Source: an uncultured Holophaga sp.
Lineage (GTDB): Bacteria; Acidobacteriota; Holophagae; Holophagales; Holophagaceae
DNA: 64,000 bases
Direction: 5' to 3'
Assembly (NCBI GenBank): GCA_963664825.1
Contig: OY761614.1
Location: forward strand, 384,001 to 448,000
Below, in pieces: positions 1 through 11,270 of the stretch. The translations under genes were made by a program, and so were the position numbers. Numbering within the stretch: the first letter of the stretch is position 1; each line of letters begins with the position of its first letter. The notes below the pieces were generated by a model, which was not told the DNA's origin, did no database searches, and saw only the letters and a program-made list of their open reading frames with translations.

Positions 1-1
1 G

Positions 2-1903
2 TTCCGCGCCATCTTCGACCAGGCCTACCAGTTCCTGGGGATCCTCTCCGTGGATGGGCGGGTGCTGGAGGTCAACCGGAGCGCCCTGGAATTCTGCGGC
101 GCGGAGGGGACGGACGTCCTGGGCCAGCCCTTCTGGGAGACACCCTGGTGGGCGCACTCGCCGGAGCTGCAGACCCAGGTGCGCGATGCAACAGAAAGGG
201 CCGCGGGAGGCGAACGGGTGCGCTTCGAGGTCGCCCACCTCGACGCCCACGGAAGGATGCGGCAAATCGACTTCTCACTCCTGCCAGTGAAGGACGAGGC
301 CGGTGAGGTGGTCCTTCTGATCCCCGAGGGCAGGGATATCACGGAGCACAAGCTGGCGGAGCAGGAAACCCGCCGCCAGGCCGAATTCCTCCAGCTCATC
401 ATCGACGCCATGCCCTATCCAGTCTTCTACAAGGACCGCCAGGGCCGCTACATCGGATGCAACCGGGCCTTCGAGGACTTCTTCGGGACCACGCGGGAAC
501 AGATCGCCGGCAAGACAGTCTTTGATATCTCCCCCCGGGAGCTGGCCGAGGAATACGATCGGTGGGACAAGAGGCTCTTCGCCCAACCGGGCGCTCAGAC
601 CTACGAGGGGCGCATCCAGACCCCCGGAGAGACCCTCCACGATGTCATCTTCCAAAAGGCCACCTTCCAGGGGCCCGACGGCGAAACGGCCGGCATCGTG
701 GGCGCGGTGCTCGATATCACCGAACGCAAGCGCACGGAATCGGAAAAGGAGAAGCTCCAGGCACAGCTCCTGCAGGCGCGAAAGATGGAATCCATCGGGC
801 GCCTGGCCGGAGGGGTGGCCCATGATTTCAACAACATGCTCTGCGTGATCCTCAACCATGCGGAACTGGGGCTCCGCAAGTTGACCCCGGCGGACCCCCT
901 CCACGCCAGCCTCCAGAACATCGAGAAGGCTGCGGAGCGCTCGGCCCTCCTCACGCGGCAGCTGCTCGCCTTCGCCCGCAAGCAGACGATCTCACCCAAG
1001 GTGTTTGACCTGAACGAGATCGTATCCAGCCTCCTGATGATGCTGCGGCGCCTCGTCGGGGAGGACATCGATCTGGCCTGGCGGCCCGGTGAAGGTCTCT
1101 GGCGGATCCGGATCGATCCAGCCCAGGCCGACCAGATCCTGATGAACCTCGCGGCCAACGCCCGGGACGCCATTTCCGGCGTCGGGAGGATCAGTCTAGA
1201 GACCCTGAACGTGGTGGCCGATGAGGCCTACTGCGCTTCCAACATGGGCGTCGAGCCGGGCGAATACGTCATGCTGGCCGTGAGCGACAACGGATGCGGC
1301 ATGGATCCGGAGACGCAGGCGACCATCTTCGAACCCTTCTTCACCACCAAGGAATCGGGCAAGGGGACCGGACTCGGCCTGGCCACCGTCTACGGCATCG
1401 TGCAGCAGAACCTAGGCAGCATCCATGTCTACAGCGAAGTCGGCCACGGCACGACCTTCAAGATCTACCTGCCCCGCTGCACGGAGGGGTTGCCGGAAGC
1501 GGGCGGAGCGCCCGTCCGGCCGCTCCAGGGGGGATGGGAGACGGTGCTCTTGGTGGAGGATGAAGCGATGCTCCTGGATCTGGCCCGCACACTCCTCGCC
1601 AACCTGGGGTACGCGGTGTTGCCCGCCGGGAATCCCGAGGAGGCCCTGCGCCTCGCAGAGGCCCACGCGGGCCCCATCCACCTGCTGCTCACCGATATGG
1701 TGATGCCCGGCATGAGCGGCCGCGACCTAGCCGAGAGGCTGGAGGCCACGCGGCCGGGACTCAGGCACCTGTTCATGTCGGGCTACACGGCCCATGCGGC
1801 TCCCCATCAGGGCGGGGAGGAAGCGGACATGAACTTCCTGCAGAAGCCATTTTCCGCCCACGACCTGGCCCTCAAGGTCCGGGAGGTGCTGGACAGACAC
1901 TAG
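2..1903 (+). CDS. PAS-domain hybrid sensor histidine kinase/response regulator (5' end lies outside the window)
   Basis: Frame is open from base 2 (FRAIFDQAYQF...). Two PAS/PAC domains, H-box GGVAHDFNN, NLAANARDA, GKGTGLGL, and a C-terminal REC domain (LLVEDE...LLTDMVMP...QKPF). Confidence 0.95.
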   Translation, partial: FRAIFDQAYQFLGILSVDGRVLEVNRSALEFCGAEGTDVLGQPFWETPWWAHSPELQTQVRDATERAAGGERVRFEVAHLDAHGRMRQIDFSLLPVKDEAGEVVLLIPEGRDITEHKLAEQETRRQAEFLQLIIDAMPYPVFYKDRQGRYIGCNRAFEDFFGTTREQIAGKTVFDISPRELAEEYDRWDKRLFAQPGAQTYEGRIQTPGETLHDVIFQKATFQGPDGETAGIVGAVLDITERKRTESEKEKLQAQLLQARKMESIGRLAGGVAHDFNNMLCVILNHAELGLRKLTPADPLHASLQNIEKAAERSALLTRQLLAFARKQTISPKVFDLNEIVSSLLMMLRRLVGEDIDLAWRPGEGLWRIRIDPAQADQILMNLAANARDAISGVGRISLETLNVVADEAYCASNMGVEPGEYVMLAVSDNGCGMDPETQATIFEPFFTTKESGKGTGLGLATVYGIVQQNLGSIHVYSEVGHGTTFKIYLPRCTEGLPEAGGAPVRPLQGGWETVLLVEDEAMLLDLARTLLANLGYAVLPAGNPEEALRLAEAHAGPIHLLLTDMVMPGMSGRDLAERLEATRPGLRHLFMSGYTAHAAPHQGGEEADMNFLQKPFSAHDLALKVREVLDRH

Positions 1904-3054
1904 CGTGCCATGGGGCCCGCCTCGCGAAGCTCCTTCACAAGGCCCGGTAGCATCCCGGCCAGATCCGTGATCTCGACCTCGGTCGTGAAGCGGCTTAGGG
2001 AAAGGCGGAGGGTCCCCATCGCAAGAGCCGGTTCCACCCCCATGGCACGCAGCACATGGCTGGGCTCCTTCTGGCCCGTGGTGCAGGCGCTGCCCGTGGA
2101 AACGCAGATACCCTGCTGACTCAATCCCAGCAGAAGGGCTTCGCCTTCGAGACCGGGGAAGCCCAGGCAACTGGTATTGGGGAGCCGGGCAGCGCCTTCA
2201 CCGTGAACCCGGAGTTCGGGAAGAGCGGCCTTCAGGGCCGATTCCAGGCCATCCCGCAACTCACCCACCCGCACCATACCGAGAAGTCCAACTCTCGCCA
2301 ATTCCGCGGCCCTGCCCAGGCCCACCAGGGCAGGCAGGTTCTCGGTGCCACCCCGGCGGCCCCGCTCCTGATGGCCCCCCACCATGAAGGGCTTCAACCG
2401 CAATCCCCGCCGGAGGAAGAGGGCCCCTGCCCCCTTGGGGCCATGGAATTTGTGGGCACTCAGGTTCAGGAGATCGACAGGCAGGTGCGCGAGATCCAGG
2501 GCCACTTTGCCCACGGCTTGTGTCGCATCCACGTGGAAGAGCGCCCCCTTGGCCTTCACGCAAGAAGCGATCTCTTCGATGGGAAAACGCACGCCCGTCT
2601 CATTATTGGCCGCCATCACAGAGACCAGCGCCGTGTCCGGCCGGATGGAGGCCTCCAGGCGCGCCAAATCCAGGCGCCCTCTCCCATCCACGGGCAGCAC
2701 CGTCACCTCGGCCCCCTGGCGCCTCAACCATTCCACGAGGGCCATCACCGCACTGTGTTCCACGGCGGTGGTCACAAAGTGGCGTTTAAGCGGGAAGGCT
2801 TCGAAGACACCCCGGAAGGCGTGGTTCAGGCCTTCCGTGCCGCCGCTGTTGAATACCAATTCAGAACCCTGACAGTTCAAGAGCGCGGCCACCTGCTCCC
2901 GGGCCTGCACCAGCGCGCCCTCGGAAAGCAGGCCCAGCACGTGCGCAGAACTGGGATTGCCGTAATGCTCCCGAAAGAAGGGCAGCATCGCCTCCAGGAC
3001 TTCCGAGGCCATGCGGGTCGTGGCGTTGTTATCCAGGTAGATGAGACCAGGCAT
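1900..3054 (-). CDS. nifS: Cysteine desulfurase (NifS/IscS, group I)
   Basis: IYLDNNATT, GNPSS, PLP lysine SAHKFHGPKG, catalytic STGSAC. Start trimmed to the ATG at 3054. Confidence 0.93.
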   Translation of the reverse strand: MPGLIYLDNNATTRMASEVLEAMLPFFREHYGNPSSAHVLGLLSEGALVQAREQVAALLNCQGSELVFNSGGTEGLNHAFRGVFEAFPLKRHFVTTAVEHSAVMALVEWLRRQGAEVTVLPVDGRGRLDLARLEASIRPDTALVSVMAANNETGVRFPIEEIASCVKAKGALFHVDATQAVGKVALDLAHLPVDLLNLSAHKFHGPKGAGALFLRRGLRLKPFMVGGHQERGRRGGTENLPALVGLGRAAELARVGLLGMVRVGELRDGLESALKAALPELRVHGEGAARLPNTSCLGFPGLEGEALLLGLSQQGICVSTGSACTTGQKEPSHVLRAMGVEPALAMGTLRLSLSRFTTEVEITDLAGMLPGLVKELREAGPMAR

Positions 3055-3064
3055 GGTCACCCCT

Positions 3065-4741
3065 TCAGCGGAAGCGCGCCAGGTAGGCGGCCCTGCTCCG
3101 ATCGGTGATATCCCAGGCTCCCCGCTGCTCGGGGCTGAGGTGGGGCCAAGCATCCGCATCGATCAATGCCCAGACCGGCCGGGTAGGATCAGTGGCACGC
3201 AGATGGGCGGCCACCGCATTGAGATCCTGGAGCTCTTCCCGGAACCAGTGATCCCGCTCGGCGGCGGGAAGTCGATCCCGACCATAGGCCAGCTCCCCCG
3301 TGCCCGCCACCACCACGACCCGACGGCCGGTCTGGAAGGGGAGGTTTTGGAAGTAGTAGCCCGCGCTGATCCACTGGGCTTCCCGGGGAGCCTTGGCGAT
3401 CAGGGCACTGGTGGAACGATCCGGCTCCGCAGTTTTCTTGGCCGCAAGGCTTATCAGCAGCAGGGCGACAGCCAAGGCCACCATCCAGCGACTGGCCGTC
3501 AGTCCCTTAGGGCGCAGCGCCCAGAGGCCCAGGAGCAGGAAAGCCACGCCAAGGAGCATCACCCACGGCATTCCCGCGGGAGTCTTCAAGAAGAAGGGCA
3601 CGATGAACGCGAAGATGGCACCGAGGGTAAGCAGCTCCCAGCCATGGCGGCGCAGGGTTGCGGGCTCCTCGCCCTCCCGCTCCAGGGCACAGGCCAGGGC
3701 CATCAGAGGCACGAGCACCGGAAGGATATAGGGCGGCAGCTTGGAATGGGAGAGGCTGAAGAAGACAAGGGGCACCGCGAAGGCCAGAAGCGTGAACGCC
3801 ACTACCCAGCGGTGCAGCGGCGCGCCCTCCCCCATGGGGCCCGTCCTGCGCCACGCGAAAGCCCAGCCCCGCTTCAGACCCACGAGGGACGCCGATAGCC
3901 AGGGTAGGAGACCCACCAGGAGCACGCCCACGAAGTAGAGTTTGTCGCAGATAGGATTCTTGGATCCCTGCCGTGCATGCACGTTGCTGGCGAAGCGCGC
4001 GAAATGCTCATGGATGAAGAAGAAGCGCGCGTGTCCAGGATTGGCCTGCTCCACCATCCAGAACCAGGGGATCGAGATCGCCAGGAAGAGTAGCCACCCG
4101 AAGGGGTCGAAAAAGACCCGCAGCACCGTGTTCCGCAGCTTCCGGTCCCCCCAGGCGAAAGGCAGCGAGGCCAGCACCGCGCCCCCCAGCAGGACGGGAG
4201 CGGCCAGGCCCTTGGTGAGCAGAGAAAGAGCCACGGCACCGAAGGCCCCGAGGGTCCATCCCAGGGAAGGGCGGCCCTCGAAGCGCGCCGCCACGGCCTC
4301 CACGGCGAGAGCGAAACTGGCCACCAGGAAGGCCGAGAAGAGGGCGTCCAGAGTCAGGACCTGAGCGCACACGAAACCCAGGAGCGCGCTGGCCGCCATG
4401 AAGGAGGCCCAGATGGGCCGACGCGCCCCGAGCCTGCGAGCCAGAAGGAAGGCCGCGCCCATGGAGATCAACGTCGCCAGCGCCAGGGGCAGGCGCGCCG
4501 CAATGGCATTGAGGCCAAAGGCCTTCATGCTGAGAGCCGACAGCCAGTACTGCAGGGGCGGCTTCTCGAAATAGAGCACGTAGTTGAGCCGGGGCGTGAG
4601 CCAATCCCCCAGGGCGATCATCTCTCGTGGAATTTCCGAGTAGCGCGCCTCGTCAGGCTCCCAGAGCTGACGAAGGAAGAGCGGCACCAGGCCCAGGCCG
4701 AGCCATGTGAGGAAGAACTGCCAGCGTTCCTTCCGGTTCAT
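3065..4741 (-). CDS. arnT: ArnT-family (GT83) 4-amino-4-deoxy-L-arabinose transferase-like glycosyltransferase
   Basis: LWEPDEARYSEIPREM, YFEKPPL, LTKG, SHSKLPPYILP; many transmembrane segments. Confidence 0.88.
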   Translation of the reverse strand: MNRKERWQFFLTWLGLGLVPLFLRQLWEPDEARYSEIPREMIALGDWLTPRLNYVLYFEKPPLQYWLSALSMKAFGLNAIAARLPLALATLISMGAAFLLARRLGARRPIWASFMAASALLGFVCAQVLTLDALFSAFLVASFALAVEAVAARFEGRPSLGWTLGAFGAVALSLLTKGLAAPVLLGGAVLASLPFAWGDRKLRNTVLRVFFDPFGWLLFLAISIPWFWMVEQANPGHARFFFIHEHFARFASNVHARQGSKNPICDKLYFVGVLLVGLLPWLSASLVGLKRGWAFAWRRTGPMGEGAPLHRWVVAFTLLAFAVPLVFFSLSHSKLPPYILPVLVPLMALACALEREGEEPATLRRHGWELLTLGAIFAFIVPFFLKTPAGMPWVMLLGVAFLLLGLWALRPKGLTASRWMVALAVALLLISLAAKKTAEPDRSTSALIAKAPREAQWISAGYYFQNLPFQTGRRVVVVAGTGELAYGRDRLPAAERDHWFREELQDLNAVAAHLRATDPTRPVWALIDADAWPHLSPEQRGAWDITDRSRAAYLARFR

Positions 4742-4823
4742 TGCGACTCCATCGGCATGTTCGTCCAAAATCAAAGACACGGATGAACCCGGGTTCATCC
4801 GTGTCCGGTGGTACCGGTTGGGC

Positions 4824-5876
4824 TCAGCCCTCGGTCTCGATGACCTTCTCCAGGGCCTTGTGCTCTTCCACGAAGAAGTCGAGGGCCTTCCGGAGGGATT
4901 CCTTCATGCCGATCCTGGGATTGAAGGCGAAAGCCTCCTGCATGCGCTTGATGCTCGGGGTGCGGCGCATCACATCCTGGTAGCCCTTGCCGTAGAAGGT
5001 TCCGCTGGCGGTCTCCACCAGGGATCCCTCGGGAATGCCGCGCTCCAGGCGGAAGGGGTGCTCCTTCCAGATCTCGATCATCATCTCGGCGATCTCCCGC
5101 ACGCTCTTGTCGTTGGCGGGGTTGCCGATATTGAAGATCTTGCCATCGGCCACGCCGCCCTCGTTGCGGAGGATGGACATGAGGCCGTCCATGGCATCAT
5201 CCACATCGCAGAAGCAGCGATGGGCATGGCCGCCGTCCACCAGGTTGAGGGGCTCCCCGTTGAAGAGGTTCCAGCTGAACTGGGTGACCAGACGGCTGCT
5301 GCCTTCCTTGGCGGTATTCAGGCTATCGAGTTTGGGTCCCATCCAGTTGAAGGGACGAATGAGGGTGAATTTCAGGCCCTTCTGGAAACCGTAGGCCCAG
5401 ATCACGCGGTCCAGCAGCTGCTTGGAGGTGCTGTAGATCCACCGGTTCATGGGAATGGGGCCGGTGATCAGCGGGCTGGTCTCCTCGTCGAATTCGGCGT
5501 CCGTGCACATGCCGTAGACTTCCGAGGTGCTGGGGAACACGATGCGCTTGTTGTACTTCACGCAGTAGCGGACGATGCGCAGGTTCTCCTCGAAATCCAG
5601 CTCGAAGACCCGCAGGGGATCGGTGACATAGACCTTGGGGGTGGCGATGGCCACCAGGGGCAGCACCACGTCGCACTTCTTCACGTGATACTCGATCCAC
5701 TCGTTGCTGATGGAGATATCGCCTTCCACGAAATGGAACCTGGGGTCATTCAGATGCTCGGTGATCTTGTGGCTGCCGAGATCCATGCCATAGATCTCCC
5801 AGTTGGTGTCCTTCAGGATGCGGTCCGTGAGATGGGAACCGATGAACCCGTTGACACCGAGGATGAGAATTTTCAT
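4824..5876 (-). CDS. arnA: Stand-alone UDP-glucuronic acid oxidase/decarboxylase (ArnA C-terminal domain)
   Basis: [11 protein letters not shown]ossmann motif, [41 protein letters not shown]. No formyltransferase domain. Confidence 0.88.
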   Translation of the reverse strand: MKILILGVNGFIGSHLTDRILKDTNWEIYGMDLGSHKITEHLNDPRFHFVEGDISISNEWIEYHVKKCDVVLPLVAIATPKVYVTDPLRVFELDFEENLRIVRYCVKYNKRIVFPSTSEVYGMCTDAEFDEETSPLITGPIPMNRWIYSTSKQLLDRVIWAYGFQKGLKFTLIRPFNWMGPKLDSLNTAKEGSSRLVTQFSWNLFNGEPLNLVDGGHAHRCFCDVDDAMDGLMSILRNEGGVADGKIFNIGNPANDKSVREIAEMMIEIWKEHPFRLERGIPEGSLVETASGTFYGKGYQDVMRRTPSIKRMQEAFAFNPRIGMKESLRKALDFFVEEHKALEKVIETEG

Positions 5877-5930
5877 GCGCCGCTCCATATTTTTGACGTT
5901 TCAGTGTAGCAGCCTCGTGCCGCCTCGCCT

Positions 5931-6647
5931 TCAGCGGACCAGCCATGCCGCCAGGGCGGAGATGGGTGGCATCAGCAGCAGCGCCGGCAGCATGTTGATC
6001 ACGCGGATGGGCTTGATATCCAGGATCCGGAAGCCCGTGCCCACCAGGATGATGCCTCCGCAGGCCGAAGTGTCCACGATGAGGACCTGACTGAGGTGGA
6101 CCGCCAGCTGATGGGCGCCGAGCACGAGCGCACCTTCGATGATCAGCACGGGAATCCCAAGCAGGGCCACGTTGTATCCGACGGTCACGGCAAAGACGAG
6201 TGCCGTGAAGAGGTCCAGGATCGACTTGGCGAACAGCAGCGAGGCATCGCCGCTGAGGCCCTCCCGGAGGGCTCCCACGAGGCCCGTGGAACTGGCGCAG
6301 AAGAGCACGATCAGGCTGCTGAACGCCGCTGCGGTGCGATCGAGTTCCTCGTCGGAGGATGCTCCATCCTGGGCCTGGGGCACCCAACCCTGGACGCGGT
6401 GGGCCACGCGATGCACCCGCTCCTGAAGATCCAGCCATTCGCCCAGGAAGGTGCCCAGCACCAGCGATAGCACGATGACCGCGAAGTGCTCCGCCTTGAC
6501 CGTCAGCGCGACCCCGATCCCCATGGCGACGAGGCCGAAGACCGGCGGGAGTCCCTTGCGCACCCGTTCCGGCAGCCGATGACCCGCGAACCCTCCGGCC
6601 AGGCCTCCGCTGATGATGGCCCCCGCATTGAGAAAAGGTCCGATCAT
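5931..6647 (-). CDS. DUF554 family membrane protein
   Basis: MIGPFLNAGAII, LFCASSTG, GLSGD, KSILD, INMLPAL; hydrophobic throughout. Confidence 0.85.
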   Translation of the reverse strand: MIGPFLNAGAIISGGLAGGFAGHRLPERVRKGLPPVFGLVAMGIGVALTVKAEHFAVIVLSLVLGTFLGEWLDLQERVHRVAHRVQGWVPQAQDGASSDEELDRTAAAFSSLIVLFCASSTGLVGALREGLSGDASLLFAKSILDLFTALVFAVTVGYNVALLGIPVLIIEGALVLGAHQLAVHLSQVLIVDTSACGGIILVGTGFRILDIKPIRVINMLPALLLMPPISALAAWLVR

Positions 6648-6770
6648 GCCTGCCCTCCGAATACACCCCTCCAGGCTCATCCAGAGGATCTTGGCGGAGC
6701 CTGGTCGGAAGGCGGCTTCAGCATCACGACTGCAGCGCAGGTCCGTCCGGGCTAGGGCCCCACGACATGC

Positions 6771-7376
6771 TCAGTTTAGCGGGGGAATCTTGTGATCAGC
6801 AACCATCCTCTGCCCGGCGAGCAGGCGCCCCGCCAGACGCCCGAAGGCCCTCTCCCGCCGGAACTGGCGACGGAACCCGGCACAGGGTCGGCCCTCCCTT
6901 TCGGGGCATGCCGCGCAGGGACCGCGCCAGGGGCCGCGGCGCCGATAGGCCCAGATGACCAGGACCGTGCCGAGGCAGAGGACAAGGGCAAGTCCCCAGC
7001 CCCCAACGCCGCCGCAGCGTATTCCCTGGAACCCGAGGAAGACCGCGCCCAGGGTCGGGAGCAGACGGGTTCCCGTTTTGCCCATCCCCCGGACCCAAGG
7101 AGCCGTGAAGACGCATGCAAGCCAGGCCAATACTGCGATGGTGAGTAAGGTCAGGGCCTCGGTAGTTAAGGCTGGCAGGAGACAACCCAGGGCGATCCCC
7201 GCCAGGGCCCCTAGCGCCACGAAGGCACACCCCTTGCAAATCCACATTCGGCCCACGCGCAGCACCTCCCCGCGATAGGCCTCGCACAAGGGGTGATGGG
7301 CATAGCGGTGGAATAAATGGGCGCGCCAAGCCAGGCGATCCAGACGCCGGGCCGTGTCGCGGGGAATCCGGTTCAC
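6771..7376 (-). CDS. Cys/His-rich hypothetical membrane protein
   Basis: 201-aa ORF whose GTG start overlaps the upstream stop. HHPLC, CKGC, about 4 TM helices, CAAC...PC. Confidence 0.7.
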   Translation of the reverse strand: MNRIPRDTARRLDRLAWRAHLFHRYAHHPLCEAYRGEVLRVGRMWICKGCAFVALGALAGIALGCLLPALTTEALTLLTIAVLAWLACVFTAPWVRGMGKTGTRLLPTLGAVFLGFQGIRCGGVGGWGLALVLCLGTVLVIWAYRRRGPWRGPCAACPEREGRPCAGFRRQFRRERAFGRLAGRLLAGQRMVADHKIPPLN

Positions 7377-7726
7377 TTGGGTATAGGCCTCACCACCACG
7401 GCCGTGCCGTAGGCCACGATCTCGTTGGTGTTCTGCATGAGTTCGCTGGAATCGAAGCGCATGGCCAGCACCGCATTGGCGCCCATCTGGCGGGCGTGCT
7501 GCTCCAGACGGTTCATGGCCTCGTTGCGCGAATCATTGGCCAGTTCGGTGAGCATGGTGATCTCGCCCCCGAAGAAGGTCTGACAGCCCGCACAGACCGT
7601 CCCAACCACGCTGCGGCTGCGCACCGTAATGCCCCAGCAGGGACCGATGGCGCGTTCCAGCTCGAAGCCCGGAGGGGGCTCGAAGGTCGACAGGATGGGC
7701 ATCTGGTGGATGGTGATGGCGGACAT
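7373..7726 (-). CDS. YbjQ/UPF0145 family putative heavy-metal-binding protein
   Basis: GITVRSRS, FFGGEI, AMNRLEQHARQMGANAVLAMRFD, AYGTAV; AGAGGAGG ribosome-binding site before ATG 7726. Confidence 0.9.
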   Translation of the reverse strand: MSAITIHQMPILSTFEPPPGFELERAIGPCWGITVRSRSVVGTVCAGCQTFFGGEITMLTELANDSRNEAMNRLEQHARQMGANAVLAMRFDSSELMQNTNEIVAYGTAVVVRPIPK

Positions 7727-7872
7727 GGGTCCTCCTCTCCTATTCGTAGCGCAGGGTTTCAATGGGACGGGGCCCCCTCCGCAAGCCCGGCAAGGGCGCG
7801 CGGGAGCACAGCGCAGTGCGCTGCGCGATCGGGGGGTAGTCGGCGGAGCCGCGGGATCCACGAGGCCCGGCG

Positions 7873-9095
<1,223 letters not shown>

Positions 9096-9099
<4 letters not shown>

Positions 9100-10355
9100 G
9101 ATTTCTGCCCCTTGCGCGTTTTCGCGGCTTCCTCGAGTTCCTGGTCGGACTTGGCCCGCAGCTTGACCGTGGCCTTCTCCTTCATCTCCTTGAGCTTGCG
9201 CACGGGGCCCGTGAGCACCTTCTCGTTTTCCTGGAGGCCCTCCTTCACTTCGAGGAACTGGGTGTTGGCGATGCCGGTCTGGACGGTGCGTTCAGCCGCC
9301 CGGCCATCCTTCACCACGAAGGCGACATTGCGCCCCTCGGGGCTGAGGAGCCCCTTCTTTTGGGCCTCCTCCATGGAACCTTCGCGTTCCAGCACGGATT
9401 GCAGGGGCACGCGCAGAACATTCTTGGCTTCACTGGTGAGCACCACGGCCCGGGCACTCATGCCGGGTCGTAGGCTGCCCACATCCTGGCGGGTCATATC
9501 CAGGGCCACCTTCACCAGGTACATATTGGCGTCGGTCCCGATCTTCTCGGAAGCCGTGGCCACTTCAAAGACCTTGCCCGGAAACACGCGCCCCGGCAGG
9601 GATTCCACTGTCACCTGAGCCGTCTGCCCGACCCGGGTGCGCACCACTTCGCTCTCGTTGACCTTGATCTCGGCGATGATCTCGCTCATATCGGAAATGA
9701 CCATGAGCATGGCCCCGGCGAGATTGGTCTGGCCGGGAATGGCCGTCTCACCCTTGAGGGCTTTGAGGCCCGTCACGCGCCCCGAGATGGGGGCGCGAAG
9801 TTCGGACTTGCTGAGGGCATCCTTCATGGCCGCGAGATTGGCCACGTTCTGCTGCACGTTGGCCTCGGCGGACTGGAAGCTGAGGTTGGAGGTGTCCCGA
9901 TTCAACTTGGCCTGGCGGAAGTCCTCGTCGCTGATGAGGCCCTGCTTGCTGAGGTTCTCCATGCGCGTGAAGTTCTCACCGGCCCGGATCTTAGCGGCCT
10001 TCAGGCGACTCGAATCCTGCCGGGCCCCCACGAGGGCGGCCTGGGCCTGGATCATGCTCTGTTTGAGGCGCTCAGGATCGATGGTCAGCAGCCGGTCGCC
10101 CGCCTTCACCTCCTGGCCATCCACCACGTGGAGGGCCTTGATCTCGCCCATGACGGAGGTGCCGATGCTGATCTTGGTGCGGGCCTGGATCTCCCCCGAG
10201 GCCGTGATGGTCTCCCGGATATCCCCCCGGGTGATGCGATCCCAGGCATAGGCATCGGATTCATCCCCTCCCCCGCCGAAGGCCACGCCCAGGGAGATGA
10301 GGAGGATGACGGCCGCACCCGCGCCGAGGATGAATTTGGTCTTGCGTGTGGTCAT
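9096..10355 (-). CDS. Efflux periplasmic adaptor subunit (MacA/HlyD family)
   Basis: N-terminal TM, ASGEIQA, GQEVKAGD lipoyl motif, alpha hairpin, LRPGMSA. ATG 10355 overlaps the upstream stop. Confidence 0.92.
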
Positions 10356-11137
10356 CAGAAGATCCCGGCAATGAAGTGGAACAGGAGGCCGAAGCAGCCC
10401 GCGATGGCCATCAGCAGCGCGTTGGCCCAGGTCTTGAGGCGCATGGTGTATTTGGCGGCCAGGAACAGGGCCGCGAAGGAGAACACGTAGAAGGGATCCA
10501 CCACCGCCAGGAGCCCGCGCAACCAGGGGCTCTCGGGGTGGATCCAGAAGGCCAGCGTGGTGGGCGCCATGCTCGCGTAGGAAGCCGCCCCACCCACATT
10601 CCGCAGCAGGCACATGAGCCCGGCCAGCAGGGAGATGGGCACCATGGTGAGCCCGTGGACCGTGGTGGCCGCCCAGGCATGTTTGAAGGTGACATCCGGG
10701 TCCTCGCCCCCGAATTTGGAGAACGCGAAGAGGATGCCCGACAGGATCAACAACCCAAAGGGCACACCCAGGACCACGCCCAGGGAGGACGGAACGAAGG
10801 GTTTGCCCTGAGTGGCGGCCTTTTCCATGGCCTTATCCACGGCCGCCGAGGGCATCTCCGTGTGCATGACCTGTTCCATCACCTCGAACTTGCGCTTGGT
10901 CGCGGCTTCCATATCCACCTTGGCCGCCCAGGTGAGTGTGGCGAAGAGGCCCACCACCAGGGTCAGGACCAGGGCTCCCACCCAGGAGGGCGCGAGATGA
11001 AGGCGACGGAAGACTTCAATAGGTTCCGTGAAGAGGCCCGTGAACTGGTCCAGCACGCCCTGGGGCTGCCCGGCCGGAGCCTCAGGCTTCTCCTCCCCGT
11101 AGAGATTGGGTTCGGAGTTCGGAAGGAGATCGTTCAT
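10355..11137 (-). CDS. Yip1-domain membrane protein (YknW-like)
   Basis: LFTEPIEVFRRL...PSW N-terminus, about 5 TM helices, VDPF motif; lies inside the efflux operon. Confidence 0.8.
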   Translation of the reverse strand: MNDLLPNSEPNLYGEEKPEAPAGQPQGVLDQFTGLFTEPIEVFRRLHLAPSWVGALVLTLVVGLFATLTWAAKVDMEAATKRKFEVMEQVMHTEMPSAAVDKAMEKAATQGKPFVPSSLGVVLGVPFGLLILSGILFAFSKFGGEDPDVTFKHAWAATTVHGLTMVPISLLAGLMCLLRNVGGAASYASMAPTTLAFWIHPESPWLRGLLAVVDPFYVFSFAALFLAAKYTMRLKTWANALLMAIAGCFGLLFHFIAGIF

Positions 11138-11270
11138 GGCGCACCTCGAAGGGATGGGAAAGGATACTGTGCCCGGTGGGTTTCCACATTCTGAGCCCGC
11201 CGAATGGTCATCACAGACCGTTCAGCGGTGGCGACAGCCCCGGAGGAACACGCAATCCAGAAAACCTGGG

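Noticed and set aside
1900..1903. Convergent genes sharing a CTAG stop overlap
   Set aside because: Common compact arrangement with no special implication.
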